From assembly GCF_009914755.1 (NCBI RefSeq), contig NC_060930.1: a stretch of DNA of 64,000 nt. One strand, written 5' to 3'. This stretch comes from the human T2T-CHM13v2.0 reference genome, Homo sapiens. Positions within the stretch are counted from its first letter, which is position 1; each line of letters opens with the position of its first letter. The notes beneath the pieces were generated by a model that saw only the letters and a program-made list of their open reading frames with translations, was not told the origin of the DNA and did no database searches. The translations under genes and the position numbers were made by a program. Of this stretch, positions 24,113 to 38,469 are shown piece by piece.

Positions 24113-25600
24113 TCTTGTAATTAAATATGTATTTGATGTTAAATGTTATATTAAACAAACAAAGAGTAGTAGTTTAACAGAGATAAAACACTAAATTGCT
24201 GCAGAATAACAAAGATGTTCAAAAGAGGAGATAAGGATGCATCTACTAAACTTTTGCTTCAACATCAGTATTTTATTATATATTATTTATTATAGACATT
24301 GAGATATTGAATGGACACACTGAAGATATTGAGGCTCTTAGGGCTTTCAGCTTTGAGAAAGAAAATGGCAGAAATTGTAGGCATTTTGTCATAGGTAAAC
24401 AAAAAGAATTGCCATCCAGAAATCTTTAGTACATTAAGATTGGTTCTAGTAACTGAACACAGATGAACTAAGGGAATGTAAAGTATTTTCGTTGTCTAAC
24501 ATAGTGTCTTAGTACTACTAAAATACAAAGAATTATATCATAATCATTTAATTAGAAAATGTCAAGCTGTTTTTTCTATGTGGTGTCTGTATTGTAGCAA
24601 AGAAACAGAGTTCATTTAACACAGAAAACTACTTATCTAGAAAACACCTTTTTTTGTTGTTACGTTGTTTCTCTATTCCAATTTTCAATAACTCTCAGAA
24701 GGAATTGCTTTTTATTTGATGTAGCTTTAATACATTTTCTTTATTCCATCTCAGGCCGAGACAACTTTTCTGCTATATTCTAATCTACAGAGGTTGTGAA
24801 ACATAACATAAACTATGACAATGGTGCACTACATTATTGACAAAATGCTGAATAGACCAGATGGACAAAATGTAACAAATATGTTAGATGTCTTTGAGGA
24901 ATATTATTTTAAAACAAAGAATTGAATACAATACATTTGTTAAAAACTTTCTTAAAAGAATTAAACTATCAGAAAGGGCTGAAGAGGCTAACACAAACAT
25001 AGCACCAGCAGAAGCAGCTACCACAGTTAGAACTCCAGGAAAAATGGAGGGAGGAATAGAATCTTGGAGGGAAGGTGCTGGAATCTGGACTCCAATCTCT
25101 AAAGATAATATTGTGCCAATATCTCAGCAGCTTTTAGAATGTGATTGAGCTATAGGTTGCTAGGATGCAAAAATCTCTGAGGGAGCATGGTAAAGTCAAT
25201 TTTGGGAGTGCTAATAGAAGATAAAGATTAGAATGAATACAATTGTCGTATGAAATATCCAACAATCAACATGATTTTGCAATAACATCAGAGAATATAA
25301 TCAGTTCCCTTCCTTCCTACGTATACTGTAACTTCCCTCTACTGATCATTATTTATTAAAGCTAATAGTGAGTCTACTGACACAAAAGAAATATAGTTTG
25401 CAGTTTCAGGAGCAATGTCTCTAAGCAGAATACAAACAGTAGGTTTGAGAATAAGAGACAAAAACATAATGATTGGTACCTAACTAAAACATGGATTACT
25501 GACTTTTGACTTCTAGTAATGGTGAAGTAAGATCCTAAAGGGCGATTAGCCTCATAAAGCAAGCATACAATCTGGACAATATGTAAAAATCAATTACCTA

Positions 25601-25908
<308 letters not shown>

Positions 25909-26126
25909 TTAAAAAGGGGAGAAAAATGAATAATACTTTCTCTAATTTTTTGCCTGATTATATATGTAACATATTTTTTAAAAGCCATAAAGCTGTAGGA
26001 TACAAGGTAAGTATTAAAAATTAACTTACAGACTTACGATTTTGGTAAAATGGAATAGATCTACTTTTTCTATTTTTCATGCTAAATACAACTAAAACCT
26101 ATGGACAGAGAACATAAACATAAGAA

Positions 26127-26457
<331 letters not shown>

Positions 26458-27823
26458 CTAAAAGGAGGAACCAGCTATGGACTTTGAGACCTCAATGAAT
26501 GAGGAGGGTGAATTCACTGGGTTTTCTGTTTGCCTCCTATATTCCAGACTTGTAACTGAGGATGCAGACAAGAAAATCTCCCTAACTATCCGCTCTCACT
26601 AGCAAAAAGAGAGGAAAAGGAGCAGCTAACGAGGCAGAAACCTTTTAAATAACGGCCATTCTCTTTCAGCTAATCACAGGGGTGGAGGTGGGATGTGCTT
26701 CCATCCTCACCCAATCCAGAAAAAGGCTATGTGGGGAGACTAGACTTCCAAACAAGCAAGGCTGTATCAAGCTTTCCTAATACTTCTGAGAGCTGTATCA
26801 GAAAAGGCCAAGTAGGGAGTTGAGACTTTTATCCCCAGTGGCCACTGATGCAACTGTCTCTTAATTTGGTATCAGTGTAACCATGCATGAATTCTGGACT
26901 TCCATATACACCCAGGAGCAATGTGTCATTCCTCCCCATCCACGTAGTGTTGGCAAAAGAGAATTAGGTATTTTACCATGCCCCAGTGGTAATAGGGCTA
27001 GCCCATCATGGTGTCATTCAAGAGATGTGGCCAGCCAGAATTCTCACTTCCACCAAGACATAATGAGTAGCTTCCCCCTCTGTTATCAGTGGAAGTCAAA
27101 TGGGGACCCTGGACTTCTAACTGCATATGGCAATAATGAGGCAGAGCCCTTTTTTTTCCTGCCAGGCCAAAGTTACAAAAAAATTCCAGTTAAAACATAA
27201 GGTTCAAATAAGATCCAGGATTTCACAACACAATAGCAAATATGCACATATTTCAATTGGAAATCATCTAACGTACCAAAACCTAGGAATCTCTGAAACT
27301 GAATATAAGAAAAAAAAACAATAGATTCTACTTCAAGGTGTTGGAGATATTGTAATTACCTGAGAAAGATTTTAAACCAGCCATGTAAAAATTTTTCAAT
27401 GAGCAGTTATGAAAATACTTGAAACATAAATAATTAAAAGCCTAATAAAGAAATATAAAGTCTCAGCAAAGACATAAAAGATAAAGAGAAGAGTGAATAA
27501 ACATTTTAAAATAAAAACTACTGAATGGAAATAAATGTGAAAATGAAAATATAGCACATCATAATATGTAAGATACAGCCAAAGCACTGCCGAGAAGTTT
27601 ATTCTTAACTTTATGTATAAGAAAAATAAATAAAGTCAGTCAGTAATCTAAGCTTCATGAATCGAGCAAAAGAAGAGTAAAACCAACCCAAATAAGCAGA
27701 AGAAAAGAAATAAGATCAGAAATAAATAAAATGTAAAACAGCAACAACAGAGAAAATCAATGAAACGAAGAGTGGATTTATTGAAAAGATTAAAAGTGTT
27801 ATCAATAAAAATGTAAAATCTTT

Positions 27824-27982
27824 TTATATATATATATTTTATTATACTTTAAGTTTTAGGGTACATGTGCACAATGTGCAGGTTTGTTACATATGTATAC
27901 ATGTGCCATGTTGGTGTGCTGCACCCATTAACTCGTCATTTACATTAGGTATATCTCCTAATGCTATCCCTCCTCCTTCTCC
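27824..27982 (-). mobile_element. Very short, young L1PA (PA3-5-like) 3' end
   Basis: ttattatactttaagttttagggtacatgtgcacaatgtgcagg; TSD AATCTTT at 27817-27823 and 27983-27989. Confidence 0.92.
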
Positions 27983-28535
27983 AATCTTTAACAGGAATAA
28001 CAAACAAAAAAAAAGAGACAAGACACCAATCACCAGTTACAAGAATGAAACAGAAAGTATCACTATAGACCCTACAGACATTAAAATGCTAATTAGGGAG
28101 AACTACCATAAATCTGACAACTGAGATGAAATACATTAATTCAATAAGAAACACAGTCACAACTTACCCAATATTAAAGAGGTTACTTTAATAGCTCTGT
28201 AATTACTAAGAACATTTAATTTCTTAAAAAGGAAAATACACTGAAGACATCTCCAGGCTGAAATTATTTCTTCAGAAAATTCTACCTAATATTTAAAGAT
28301 TTAATAACAATTCTAAACAGTATTTTCCCAAAAAAGAAAGATGAAATAATACTCTCAAATTTATTTTATATAGTATTATCCTGACATGCAAACCAGACAA
28401 AAGCAATACAAAAATAGAAAAAAGAAAAGAAAAACAACAGACAAATGTTCATCATGAATATAGATTTTTAAAAATCTTTAAAAATTATTAGCATATAGAA
28501 TTCAGCAACATATAAAAAGGATTATACACCATAAA

Positions 28536-28899
28536 TGTCTTTGCCCATTTTATGCTGCTATAACATAATACTTGAGAATAAGTAATTTATAATAAACAGA
28601 AATTTATTTGGCTCATGGTTCTAAAGTTTGGGAAGTCCAAGATCTAGGAGTACGTTCTGTGAGTGACTTCTTGCTGTGTCTTCCCATGATAAAACGTGTA
28701 AGGGCAAAAAAGCATGGAGGCAAGTGGGTGTCAAATTCACTTTTACAACAAAGTCACTCTCACAATAACATTAACTCATTCATGAGTGCAGAGCCCTCAT
28801 GAGCTAATCATCTTTTAAAGTTTCCACCATTTAATACCATTGCATTGGGGATTAAGATTCCAACGCCTGAATTTTGGGGAACACATTCAAATTCTAGCA
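28536..28899 (-). mobile_element. MSTD/MSTC-type MaLR LTR
   Basis: aacagaaatttatttggctcatggttct, cattcatgagtgcagagccctcatga, acacattcaaa...tagca. Confidence 0.85.
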
Positions 28900-29138
28900 A
28901 TGGCCAATTGGAGTGTATTCCAGGGATGCAAGATTTGCTCAATATTAGAAAAAAATTAATTTATTATTTGAACAAGCTAAATAAAAATATCACGTGATAT
29001 TTTGAATTGATGCAGATAAACCATTCTTAAGAATTCAATATCCATACATGGTTAATACTCTAAAAACAATAAGAATAGCAAAGGCCATCCTCAACTTTAT
29101 AGAGAATACAATTTTTTTTAAAAAAAAGCTAATATTAT

Positions 29139-29588
29139 TGCTTTGCTTTGTATGTGGTTTCTCTCCACCAAGCCTCATTTTTTAATCTGATCCTGAACGT
29201 GGCAGTTTTGAAGGATGGGGCCTCGTAGGATGTCTTTTAATCATGGAGCAGATCCCTCATGAGTATTAATGCTCTCCTACATGGGTGAGCGGATACCCAC
29301 CCTCTTGGGAATAGGTTAGTTCCCAAGAGAGCAGGTTGTTAAAAGTGTCTTGCTTCCTCAGTTTCTCTTGTTTCCTTCCTTGCCATATGATCTCTGAACA
29401 CACCCACACCTTTTTGGCTTTCCACCACGAGTGAAAGCAGCATGATGCCCTCACCCAGAGCCAAACAAGCAATGGCACCATTCTTGTACTTCTGAGCCTG
29501 CGGAACTGTCAGCTAAATAAACCTTTTTCCTTTATAAATTGCCCAGCCTTAGATATTCTGTTAGAGCAACACAAAATGGACTAAGGAA
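29139..29588 (+). mobile_element. MSTB1/MSTB2-type MaLR LTR
   Basis: gcagatccctcatga, gagagcaggttgttaaaa, aaataaacc...tttataaattgcccagcc...gcaacacaaaatggactaag. Confidence 0.85.
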
Positions 29589-30446
29589 ATTATAATGGTA
29601 AAAGACTGACTGCATTCCCCTAAGATCATGAATAAGACAAAGATATTTGCTATCTCACCACAAGGAATTTCTAGCCAGTGCAATAAAGCAATAAAGAAAA
29701 TAAAATACATATAGAAATGAAGAAACCAAATTGCCCCTATTTGCAGATGACATGATTATCTATGCAGAAAATATCAAGGAATCTACAAATATCTCCTAAA
29801 AATGAAACATGAGTTCAGCATATCACACAATACAAGATAAGCAAAAACATTGCTTTTCTAGATATTAGCAGAAAAAAGAGTACCAAATTTAAAAGTACTA
29901 TACCTTTATAATCACTAAGAGAATGAAATGGGCATAAATCTAACAAGCCATTGAAAGACTTGTATACTAAAAACTACATAACATTGATGAAAGAAATAAA
30001 GACAGTACAAATAAATGGGAAAACATACCATGTTTATAAGTTGGAAAACTCAGTGAAGATAATAACTTTCTACAAATTAATATACAGGCTGAATACAATC
30101 CTATCAAACATTCATCTACTTTTAGAAATATACAGATTATTATAAAATATGTATGGAAAGACAAGTAACTAAAATAGCTAGCATAGTATTTAAAAGAAGA
30201 ATAAAATGAGAGAAATCAGTTTACCCAAATTTAAGACTTTTTATACAGCAACAATAATCAAGCCTTTTTGATATTGAGGGAAAGACAGACCCATAGTCCA
30301 ATGGAACAGAATAGCAAACCAAGATGTAGATTTATTAAAAAATATGTGCAACCTATTTTTGACAATGTCTCAAAAGCAATTGAGCAGAGAAAAGATAGCA
30401 GCAAATGGTGCTGGAACAATTGGATATCCACAAGCAAAAAAAAATT

Positions 30447-30633
30447 AAAAAGAAAAGAAAGGAAGGAAGGAAAGAAGGAAGAAAGGAAGGAAAGGAGAGA
30501 GATGAAAGAAAGAAAGAAAAAGAAAGAAAGAAAGAGAAAGAAAGAGAAAGAAAGAAAGAGAAAGAAAGAGAAAGAGAGAGAAAGAAAAAGAAAGAAAGAA
30601 AGAAAGAAAAAGAAAGAAAGAAAGAAAGAAAAA

Positions 30634-30670
<37 letters not shown>

Positions 30671-30740
30671 AAAAGAAAGAAAGAAAAAGAAAGAAAGAGG
30701 GAGGGAGGGAGGGAGGGAGGAAAGAAGGAAGGAAGGAAAA
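30447..30740. repeat. Compound polypurine satellite (GGAA)n/(GAAA)n/(GGGA)n, 294 bp
   Basis: Only A and G on the + strand, apart from one T at 30503. Confidence 0.97.
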
Positions 30741-31519
30741 CATTTCAATTAATCTATCACACTGTCAAATTTCTGAAAAGAGATCCAAAGATAATTATAT
30801 CTTTTTACAACATCAAATAATGATGCATTATGTATGTGTACTAGAGTCACCGTTTTCCAAACATATGCCTAAATGAAGTATAATGGCATATATACAACCA
30901 TGATTGATGTGATATCTAGTTTTCATTAAGTTACGATGTGTTAATATTGTGTCAACATATCCAGTCTTCTATTCATCACTGTGAAATACTATGTGTTACA
31001 TTTTCTTTGGTTAATTAAAATAAATGTATCTATTACTAATATTTTGCTAATTTAAAACACCAAGAGGTACTGGTGTTTCAAGTTGTAGGAAACATAGCTT
31101 CTAAATTAATATATTTTAAAATATGAGAATAATGGATTGCTGAAGCCAATAGTACAAACTCACTCATAAAAGAGATTGTGGTTTATAAAATAATAGCATA
31201 AGATTTATAGTGGTCAACCTCCTGATATTTCCAACTGAATGTCCTGCTTCTGACATTAAAAATAAAGGGTAATTTCTGTGTGAAGTTATGTAATACTCAA
31301 TATCAGCCCCAAATGTGTTGAGATTCATGCCAAACATTGTAAGTTGCCTGCATAATATTTTTCTGATTGATCATTTTATAAAAGAATCTAATTAAGACTA
31401 TGAACAATCAATATTTATGGCCTGCTATCAAAATTTTCTTTCTTCTTAAAATTTACATTTAATTTATTTATTCAATGGATATAAAGCAAATAACAACAAT
31501 ATTTTTGCTTTTGTTCAAG

Positions 31520-31950
31520 GTAACATTGATAAAGTAATGACTAAAAAATTGTCTCTCAAGCAGTCTCTTTTCTCCAGGAACTCCAGGACAATAGGAAGCA
31601 CTCTACAAATAAATGACTAATCATGTTTAAAGGTAATAATTGCATAAAGTTGCATAAATGAAGAAGTAACCAATTCAGGCTGTGGAAAATTAAGACATAC
31701 ATGCTGCTTAGAAATTTGAGTGCTTTGTTTGGAAATGAGATGTAAGTTATGAAGATTAAACTGGGAAAATTAAATAGATCTAGTTGTGAACATACTGAAT
31801 GTCAGGCTTAGGAAAACTGGCACAAAATAAACCATCTAATAGTTTGAAGCCAAAGAGGACTTACTTTCTTAAATGAATGTTTGGAAAAAATCATTCTGAC
31901 AGAAATATGGAAGATGGATTGGAGGGGCAACATACTAGACACAATAAGAG
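31520..31950 (-). mobile_element. L2 remnant
   Basis: gaatgtcaggcttagga and atcattctgacag...ggaagatggattggagggg are typical of L2. Confidence 0.5.
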
Positions 31951-33253
31951 CAGTTATATTCTGCTCTTATTGACTACTCCACTGTGAAGGTAGACTTTCT
32001 ATATCCAGGAAGTCAATTGGCTTTCACTTAACATACAGATAAATGAAAGAGACAACCATCTCATTATCAGCTGGGTTGACCTGTACTGAGTCATCTTGAT
32101 AGCTTTTGCTTATGATGAGAAGTCTCTTGATTTATTGAAGTCAACATTACATTTCTCCCTTGACACTACTTCACTTCTCATATGTTCCCCAGTGTTTGAA
32201 AAACGAATAGCACAGGCACCCTTTCCATAAGGCCTTAACACTAGAAAACCTTTGCCTAAGAGAGCAGCCACAGCAGCTTTTTAAGTTCATAGCTCAAAAC
32301 TTACATAAAGTGGACTTGGCAGGATTTTGCTTAGGAGTTGCAGAATTAAACTTACTGGCTTGTGTGAAATTTGATTAACTGAAATCTCCTCAGTCCTCTT
32401 GTTGACCACATCCCCAGAAACAGCCAGCTGGACTCCTGGGCAGCTATGTGTCGAAGCAGAACTGAGCCAGCTGTCAGCTTGCTCACAGAAGGGGACTCTC
32501 CACAGTGGAATACAGCTCTTTTAGCAAAAGCAGCACTGCCTCAGAGTGCATACCCAGCCTTAATGAATCCATGAACTGGCACCTCTTTGGTCTCACATTC
32601 CATTTTTTTTTAACATTTAGTAAATGTATTTTGTTCTAGTAAAGGAGGCTGAAAACGTTGCTTTAATCTTCAGATACTGGGAATAGTAACACCTTACACA
32701 GTCCGGAGATGTTACATGTGTAAATCAGACACAAAGGGACTTGATTACAATCTCTTGTTCAATGCAGAATGGCCTCAAAAAGACCAGTCTGATTCCATAC
32801 TTCATTCTGACAGCCAACTCACAGACACAAATAACGGAACTGGAAATGTGGATACAAGGCACCTAGTAATATTTGTCAAAGGCCTTTAAAAAGGATGACT
32901 GTTTCAAATCAGAGCTCACTTGAATAGTTAGTCAGCAATGAAAAGATCATTTTAAAGATAGTTAAACTTAACCCCTAAAGTCACAATTTTCAATTATCAT
33001 GGCTTATTTGGAGGAAGGAAAATTATTCAATGTGAGTCATTATTTTTATTTTAGTAAGATTTTTTCCCCTTGAATCTAATCAAGTCTCTTAGAAATTATA
33101 GCATAAAACACATAAATTAAAAATGGATTAAACTTCATGGTGTTTCACTACTGGATTTTATGATAAGTGTTTCCCATATTATATTCAAATTGGTTTTCTT
33201 TCTTTAAGGGATCATTAACATGCTGAGAACCAAATCATGTGGTCATAAACAGT

Positions 33254-33287
33254 CATTGTGATTGCTACTACATTGTGATTGCTACTA
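33254..33287. repeat. Perfect 17-bp tandem duplication (CATTGTGATTGCTACTA x2)
   Basis: Seen directly. Confidence 0.95.
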
Positions 33288-33989
33288 GTTGCTAATGCTG
33301 CAAACATAAATTTTTTTTCTAATAAACTTGGAAAAAGGAGACATTGTAATAAACTCAAAGCCAGCTGATGTAACCACTATTATAACATGAACTATAACCA
33401 AAAATATCATTTTATATAATACACGTTATATGATGACTTAGTATGTTGCATCTTGTTCAAAGAAACTGAAACAAAATTAATAATCAACCTTGATCTATTC
33501 ACCTAAGGATTCACTAATGTATTTATGAAAACAGAAAGCAAGAGTATAGCTAAGAGATAATATTTCTAGTCAAATATTTAAAATTCTTTCACATGCTTTT
33601 TTATTAATTTTTAAGTGAACTAATATATAATGTATCTGTTCTAAATTTGTAAATGTTAAGATGATAGAAAAAAAGTTGCTTTTGTCCAACTTTTTTCTTA
33701 GGCCAAGTTGAAATAATAATTTCACATATTCTAAATATGTCTTACTATCATAGGACAGCAATTATATATATATATATATATTTATTTATACATGTATAAA
33801 AACACAGGCACACATATGTATTTTGTGCCACCAATTCAACATGAATTTGTACGCTGCAAAATTACATAGTTCCTTAATTATTTCATATATCCTTTAACCA
33901 ATGATATTAAAAAACTGACATTCACTTAGTAGTCACCCTCCACCAAGCTCTATTCAACATTTTGAGTGTGTAGGAGGGTGGTTACACTC

Positions 33990-34155
33990 ACAGAAATCTT
34001 ATGAGGTAGATTTTAGTCTCACTATTTTTCTAATTTTATAGAACTAAAAACTGAGATACAGAAAGGTTGGTTGACTTGCCAAGTATTTCACAGCAAGTGA
34101 GTGGCAGAACTAAACTCCAAATCCAGTCCGTATGAATATAGCCAAACTGTCTTTC
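33990..34155 (-). mobile_element. MIR
   Basis: cttatgaggtag...ttttataga...aaactgagatacagaaaggtt...tgacttgccaag...agtggcaga. Confidence 0.78.
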
Positions 34156-35253
34156 TTATCAAGCTAATTGAAGAGTAGTAACTTTCTTTGTTCTCTATAT
34201 CAGTTAGTTGATTAATAAGGCTTTTGAATGATGTGTGGAAAACTTGAATTTAGGGTCCCTTTATCAATCTCCTCCTTTTCTGAATCTCTTGCAAGCAATC
34301 TTCTGACCACTACTTTGAATTTCTGAGAATGACATTCTCTAGATACTTGAAGCAATATTACAGTTTTCAATAAACTTCTAATAAACATCTCAATCTAATA
34401 ATTATTTGAAAAATAGTAGAATGCATAAATTAAAATATATTATATAAGAAATTTGTGGTTATCTTCAGAAGAAAAATATAAACTCATGTGAAATGCCTAA
34501 ACTCATATAATTGGTTGGAAGTGTGTCACCAATTTTGCTTGCTTCCTAAGTAGAAAATCAAACATAATTAATATATAAGAGTCTCATAGTCACTAGGATG
34601 AACAAAAACACAGAGTGATCAGAAGAGAGTTGTCTTCTACTGGAACTGAATGATTTTTTCCAGTACCTCATGAATAGCAAAGAATGAACACGGTAGAATA
34701 AGTACAATAAAAATAGCAATTTTTATTTAATTATCACAAAGTTAGTTACTGCATAACTTTTAAATATATTTCCATTAAATCTATCCTACAAAGGAAGAAA
34801 GTCATAGCTTTCAATTTTCAATTCTGTAATTATAAGATAAAATGTAAACTCTTTTGAGCAATTATTCCCGTAATATGAAATTTTTACTTTTGAGAAGAAT
34901 TGATCGCTGAGGTGTTAGAGTTCTGAAATTTCTCTGAAGAATCTGAGGAGGAGATAGTTTTTAGTGTTAACAAGGAGGAAATAATGCAGGAGGACTGATG
35001 TCCTTTTATGGAAATAAACACATGGAAAAAAACGCAACTATCGCCAATGTCTGGTTGCTGCTACCTCTCACATGAATTTGGGCCAATGGAATAATTGTGG
35101 GAAAGAAGAAAAGATACTGAGGAAACAGTTGTTTATCAAATCCAACACAAAGAAAAATGAATATATTTATGTACGAAAGCATAAATAAAATAATTTTGTC
35201 TAGACATTTTTAAAAACAATGTGCTAAAAAATTACCAACCATGGAAAAACACC

Positions 35254-35565
<312 letters not shown>

Positions 35566-37441
35566 TTATTCATCCATTGTATACTATAGAATTCAACGGG
35601 GTAGAATTTTAAAAATATTTTTTATTTTTTTAGGTTTGGGTGAAAATTGATAAAAGATTATCTGATCAACTTATAGCTTAATATGTAAGTTTAGTGACCT
35701 GACCAGCAAAGATTAAACTCTGTTTTTGGAACTGCTATAAAATAGTGACATACTAACAAAATACTTTTCCTTGCAATCTTAGCTGAATAACCTCCTGACC
35801 TGTTTCTCTGAACTTTCTGTATTTGTCCTTTCTAAACCATTTACCAGAAAGTTGGGAAAATATACCCTCTATACACAGCACGGTTGAATAGTAATTCTTA
35901 ATAGAAAAGTGTAGCTGCATGTCTTAGGAAAAATGGAAAGAAAGGGTAGCCAAAAAGACAAAGGTCAAGGTTTAAAGTTATCTAATTTTTAAAGAAGTTA
36001 AAAAGGTGAATCATTATGAGACAGAAGTATTTCTAAAATATATCAAATCGTAATAAGAAATAGGCTTTAGAAAATGTGAATAAAGTAGGCAAAAATCAGT
36101 TAATTTAAACTTTTGAATTAATAGAGTTGAGTGTCTCCTATATAAAATATATTCTTTAAATTTTTCACTGAAGATAATCCCGCCTTTTATAAGATGAGAG
36201 TTCATGAGGGAAAGAGTCAAGTGAACAAATTATTTTGATGTAATGAAGTAAGTAATATTCCAGAAGTATTTACCAAACTCTACTTCATACCTATACAAAG
36301 TACATACAATCCACCAGAAGGAGATGGTGTTTGAAGTTAGTACAGTAAATAGTATCCACATAAAGAGGATCCAAATCTGGCCCACAAGCGTGTTCCATTC
36401 CTTTATTTTACAAATGAATAAAATGAAGAACAAAAATGTGATTGTTTTCTCCACGGTCATACATTCAGTTAGAGAAATAATCAAGACTAAAACCCGGATT
36501 ATCTATCACGTCTGGTTCTGTTTCCTTCCATCCTTTTAATAGTTGAAAATAATTCACTATAACTGTGTTTTTATCAGCATAATCTTTTAGGAATTTTGAC
36601 TGAAAAGATTTTTTTTTTTTAAGTCAGAGAAGGTTGTCTGATCCCATTGACCCTTTCTTTGATTGATGAAGCTAATTCAATCATACATTTCAAAATAATT
36701 TTGTTTGCAGACACAACGTTAAAGTGTTATCTAAGGATTAAGGAACTTTCTCACGCAATGCTTCCTAAAGTATTTGTCGCAGTCTTGTCTTTTCCTTGCA
36801 TGTCACAGACCAGTTCTTTGGTAAAACACAATTAAAAGGAGTTAGTAGGAGTTTTACTTCCTCCATGACAGTGTGAGGAGCTCTGTGGACCAACTGAACA
36901 GTGAAACTGATGAAAATTAAAAACATAAAACCATTTAGAAATTCTCAAAATAGTTATAAGAACATAAATCACATAAATATTTATTCAAGAACATCCATTA
37001 AAATTTGCAAAGAACTCTGAGAATCTGTGCTATTTGCACCATGACCCATGTCTTCTTTTCCCACTTCCAGCTCAATGAGATAAAAATTCCACTCTGGTTT
37101 GGTACGGCCAAAAACACTGGGGTCCTTTTCTCCTAAGCTCCCAGTCAGAGGGCTATCTTTCTGGAAGGAGCAGATAATAAGCATAAGCCCATCTATCCAT
37201 TGCTAATGCTATATTCTGGGTAATTAATGGTTAAGACATGAGAGTTCCTTCTTCTCTGCCTGGCCCCTACTCATGCAGTAGAGGCTTACCTTAGATGCAA
37301 TGCTGTGGGAACAGTCTTGCTGGAGCTCATGAAGCAGGGATTCCATGCCAAGAAAAGTAAGCCAAAAAAAACCTGATCATTCCCCGTCTCCATCAAGTGC
37401 TTAGCTTCCAAAGGCTTTTCACTTAGAGTTAAGTACACAAC

Positions 37442-38249
37442 TAATAAGGGAGGGGGGCAGGGAAGCACTTGGTAGAGAAGTGCGGGGTCCTTGGCGAGGG
37501 CTCCACCCTCGGGCCTCTGCCTGCAGACCTAAGTAAGAACAGGCACTCCTGTTTTGGTGCCCAAATGTTGCGTTTTCCAAGATCACTCTGGCTTGACACT
37601 CCCCCCCATTCTGTGCCCATATAAACCCGAGACCTTAGTGGGAACATATACAAGCGACTGAACGTCGAGACCAGCAGACCAGCAGACCTGTGGACCCGCA
37701 GACCAGCGACGGTGGAACAACACGACAGCGAAAGAGAGAAGAGGAGGGATATCTGGATGCCGAGGGGAGTTCTGCCAGGGGGGCGGTTGGAGAGGAGTCC
37801 CGCCGCTGGGCAGTCAGACTGCAGGAAAAGACCACATTCCTACTCCGTGCCCGCCTCTGGCTCCCCATTCATTTTACTGAGAGCCACCTCCACCACTCAA
37901 TAAAACCTTGCACTCATCCTTCGGGCTGGCGTGTGATCGAATTCTTTTGGGACACTGAGCACGAGTCCGGGAGTCCGGGATACAGAAGGCTGTCACACTG
38001 GCCCCTCCCACTGACACACAAGCCATCTGCAGATAGCAAATCTAAAAGAGCTTTGTAAGGCACACCCACTAGGGCTTTGGGAGTTGCAGACACCCACCCT
38101 TAGATAGTGCCATGGGGCTGGAGCCCAAAAGTGCTCACACAGGCTTCTGCACCTGCCCTTCTGCAGAACTGAGTTGCAGCGTACTGGAACGAGTGAGCCA
38201 CACCCCTATTGAGGTCCTGCGAGGGGAATAAAGGAACTCTCCCGTTTCA
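37442..38249 (+). mobile_element. LTR1-family (ERV1) solo LTR, about 808 bp
   Basis: ggggggcagggaag...gggctccaccc...acaggcactcctg...cccaaatgttgc start; ends ctcccgtttca; 4-bp TSD CAAC/CCAC with one mismatch. Confidence 0.9.
37620..37904 (+). promoter_or_regulatory. LTR1 TATA box (TATAAA 37620-37625) and poly(A) signal (AATAAA 37899-37904)
   Basis: Motifs are in the expected U3/R order; activity is unknown. Confidence 0.5.
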
Positions 38250-38469
38250 CCACTGTCCCCATGTATAGCACTAAAGCTGTGGCTCAGATATTTTATTGGA
38301 TGGGAGAAAGTGAGGGGACCCAGAGAGTTCCAAACATCTCTCACAGGAACTGACTTCATTTGCAACAGAGTATGAAGAAGTTCAAACCTAAGAATATTGA
38401 CACAGTGAAAGTTGTGGTAAAAGAAAGTTGATAAAGGATTGATAGATTAATTGAAAATACATACTAAAC

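Larger units (their letters stand above)
36850..38460 (+). mobile_element. Ancient L1 5'UTR remnant (L1MC/MD-class), split by LTR1
   Basis: acttcctccatgacagtgtgaggagctctgtggacc start; continues after 38250. Confidence 0.55.

Noticed and set aside
30258-30876. 202-aa Lys/Glu/Arg-rich ORF and antisense Phe/Leu/Ser-rich ORFs
   Set aside because: These are artefacts of the stop-free purine satellite plus flanking L1 remnant.
32356-32520. Open minus-strand frame ending at a GTAAGT donor (..MWSTRGLRRFQLIKFHTS)
   Set aside because: It is short, has an in-frame stop upstream and no recognisable homology; I kept it only as a possible non-coding exon.
37665-37710. Short spaced repeats (AGACCAGC) superficially like an array
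   Set aside because: They are 8-bp LTR-internal repeats with no unique spacers, in a eukaryotic context with no cas genes; not CRISPR.
37635-38058. Overlapping ORFs in a GC-rich block
   Set aside because: They lie inside the LTR1 and are expected from its GC content; no recognisable protein.
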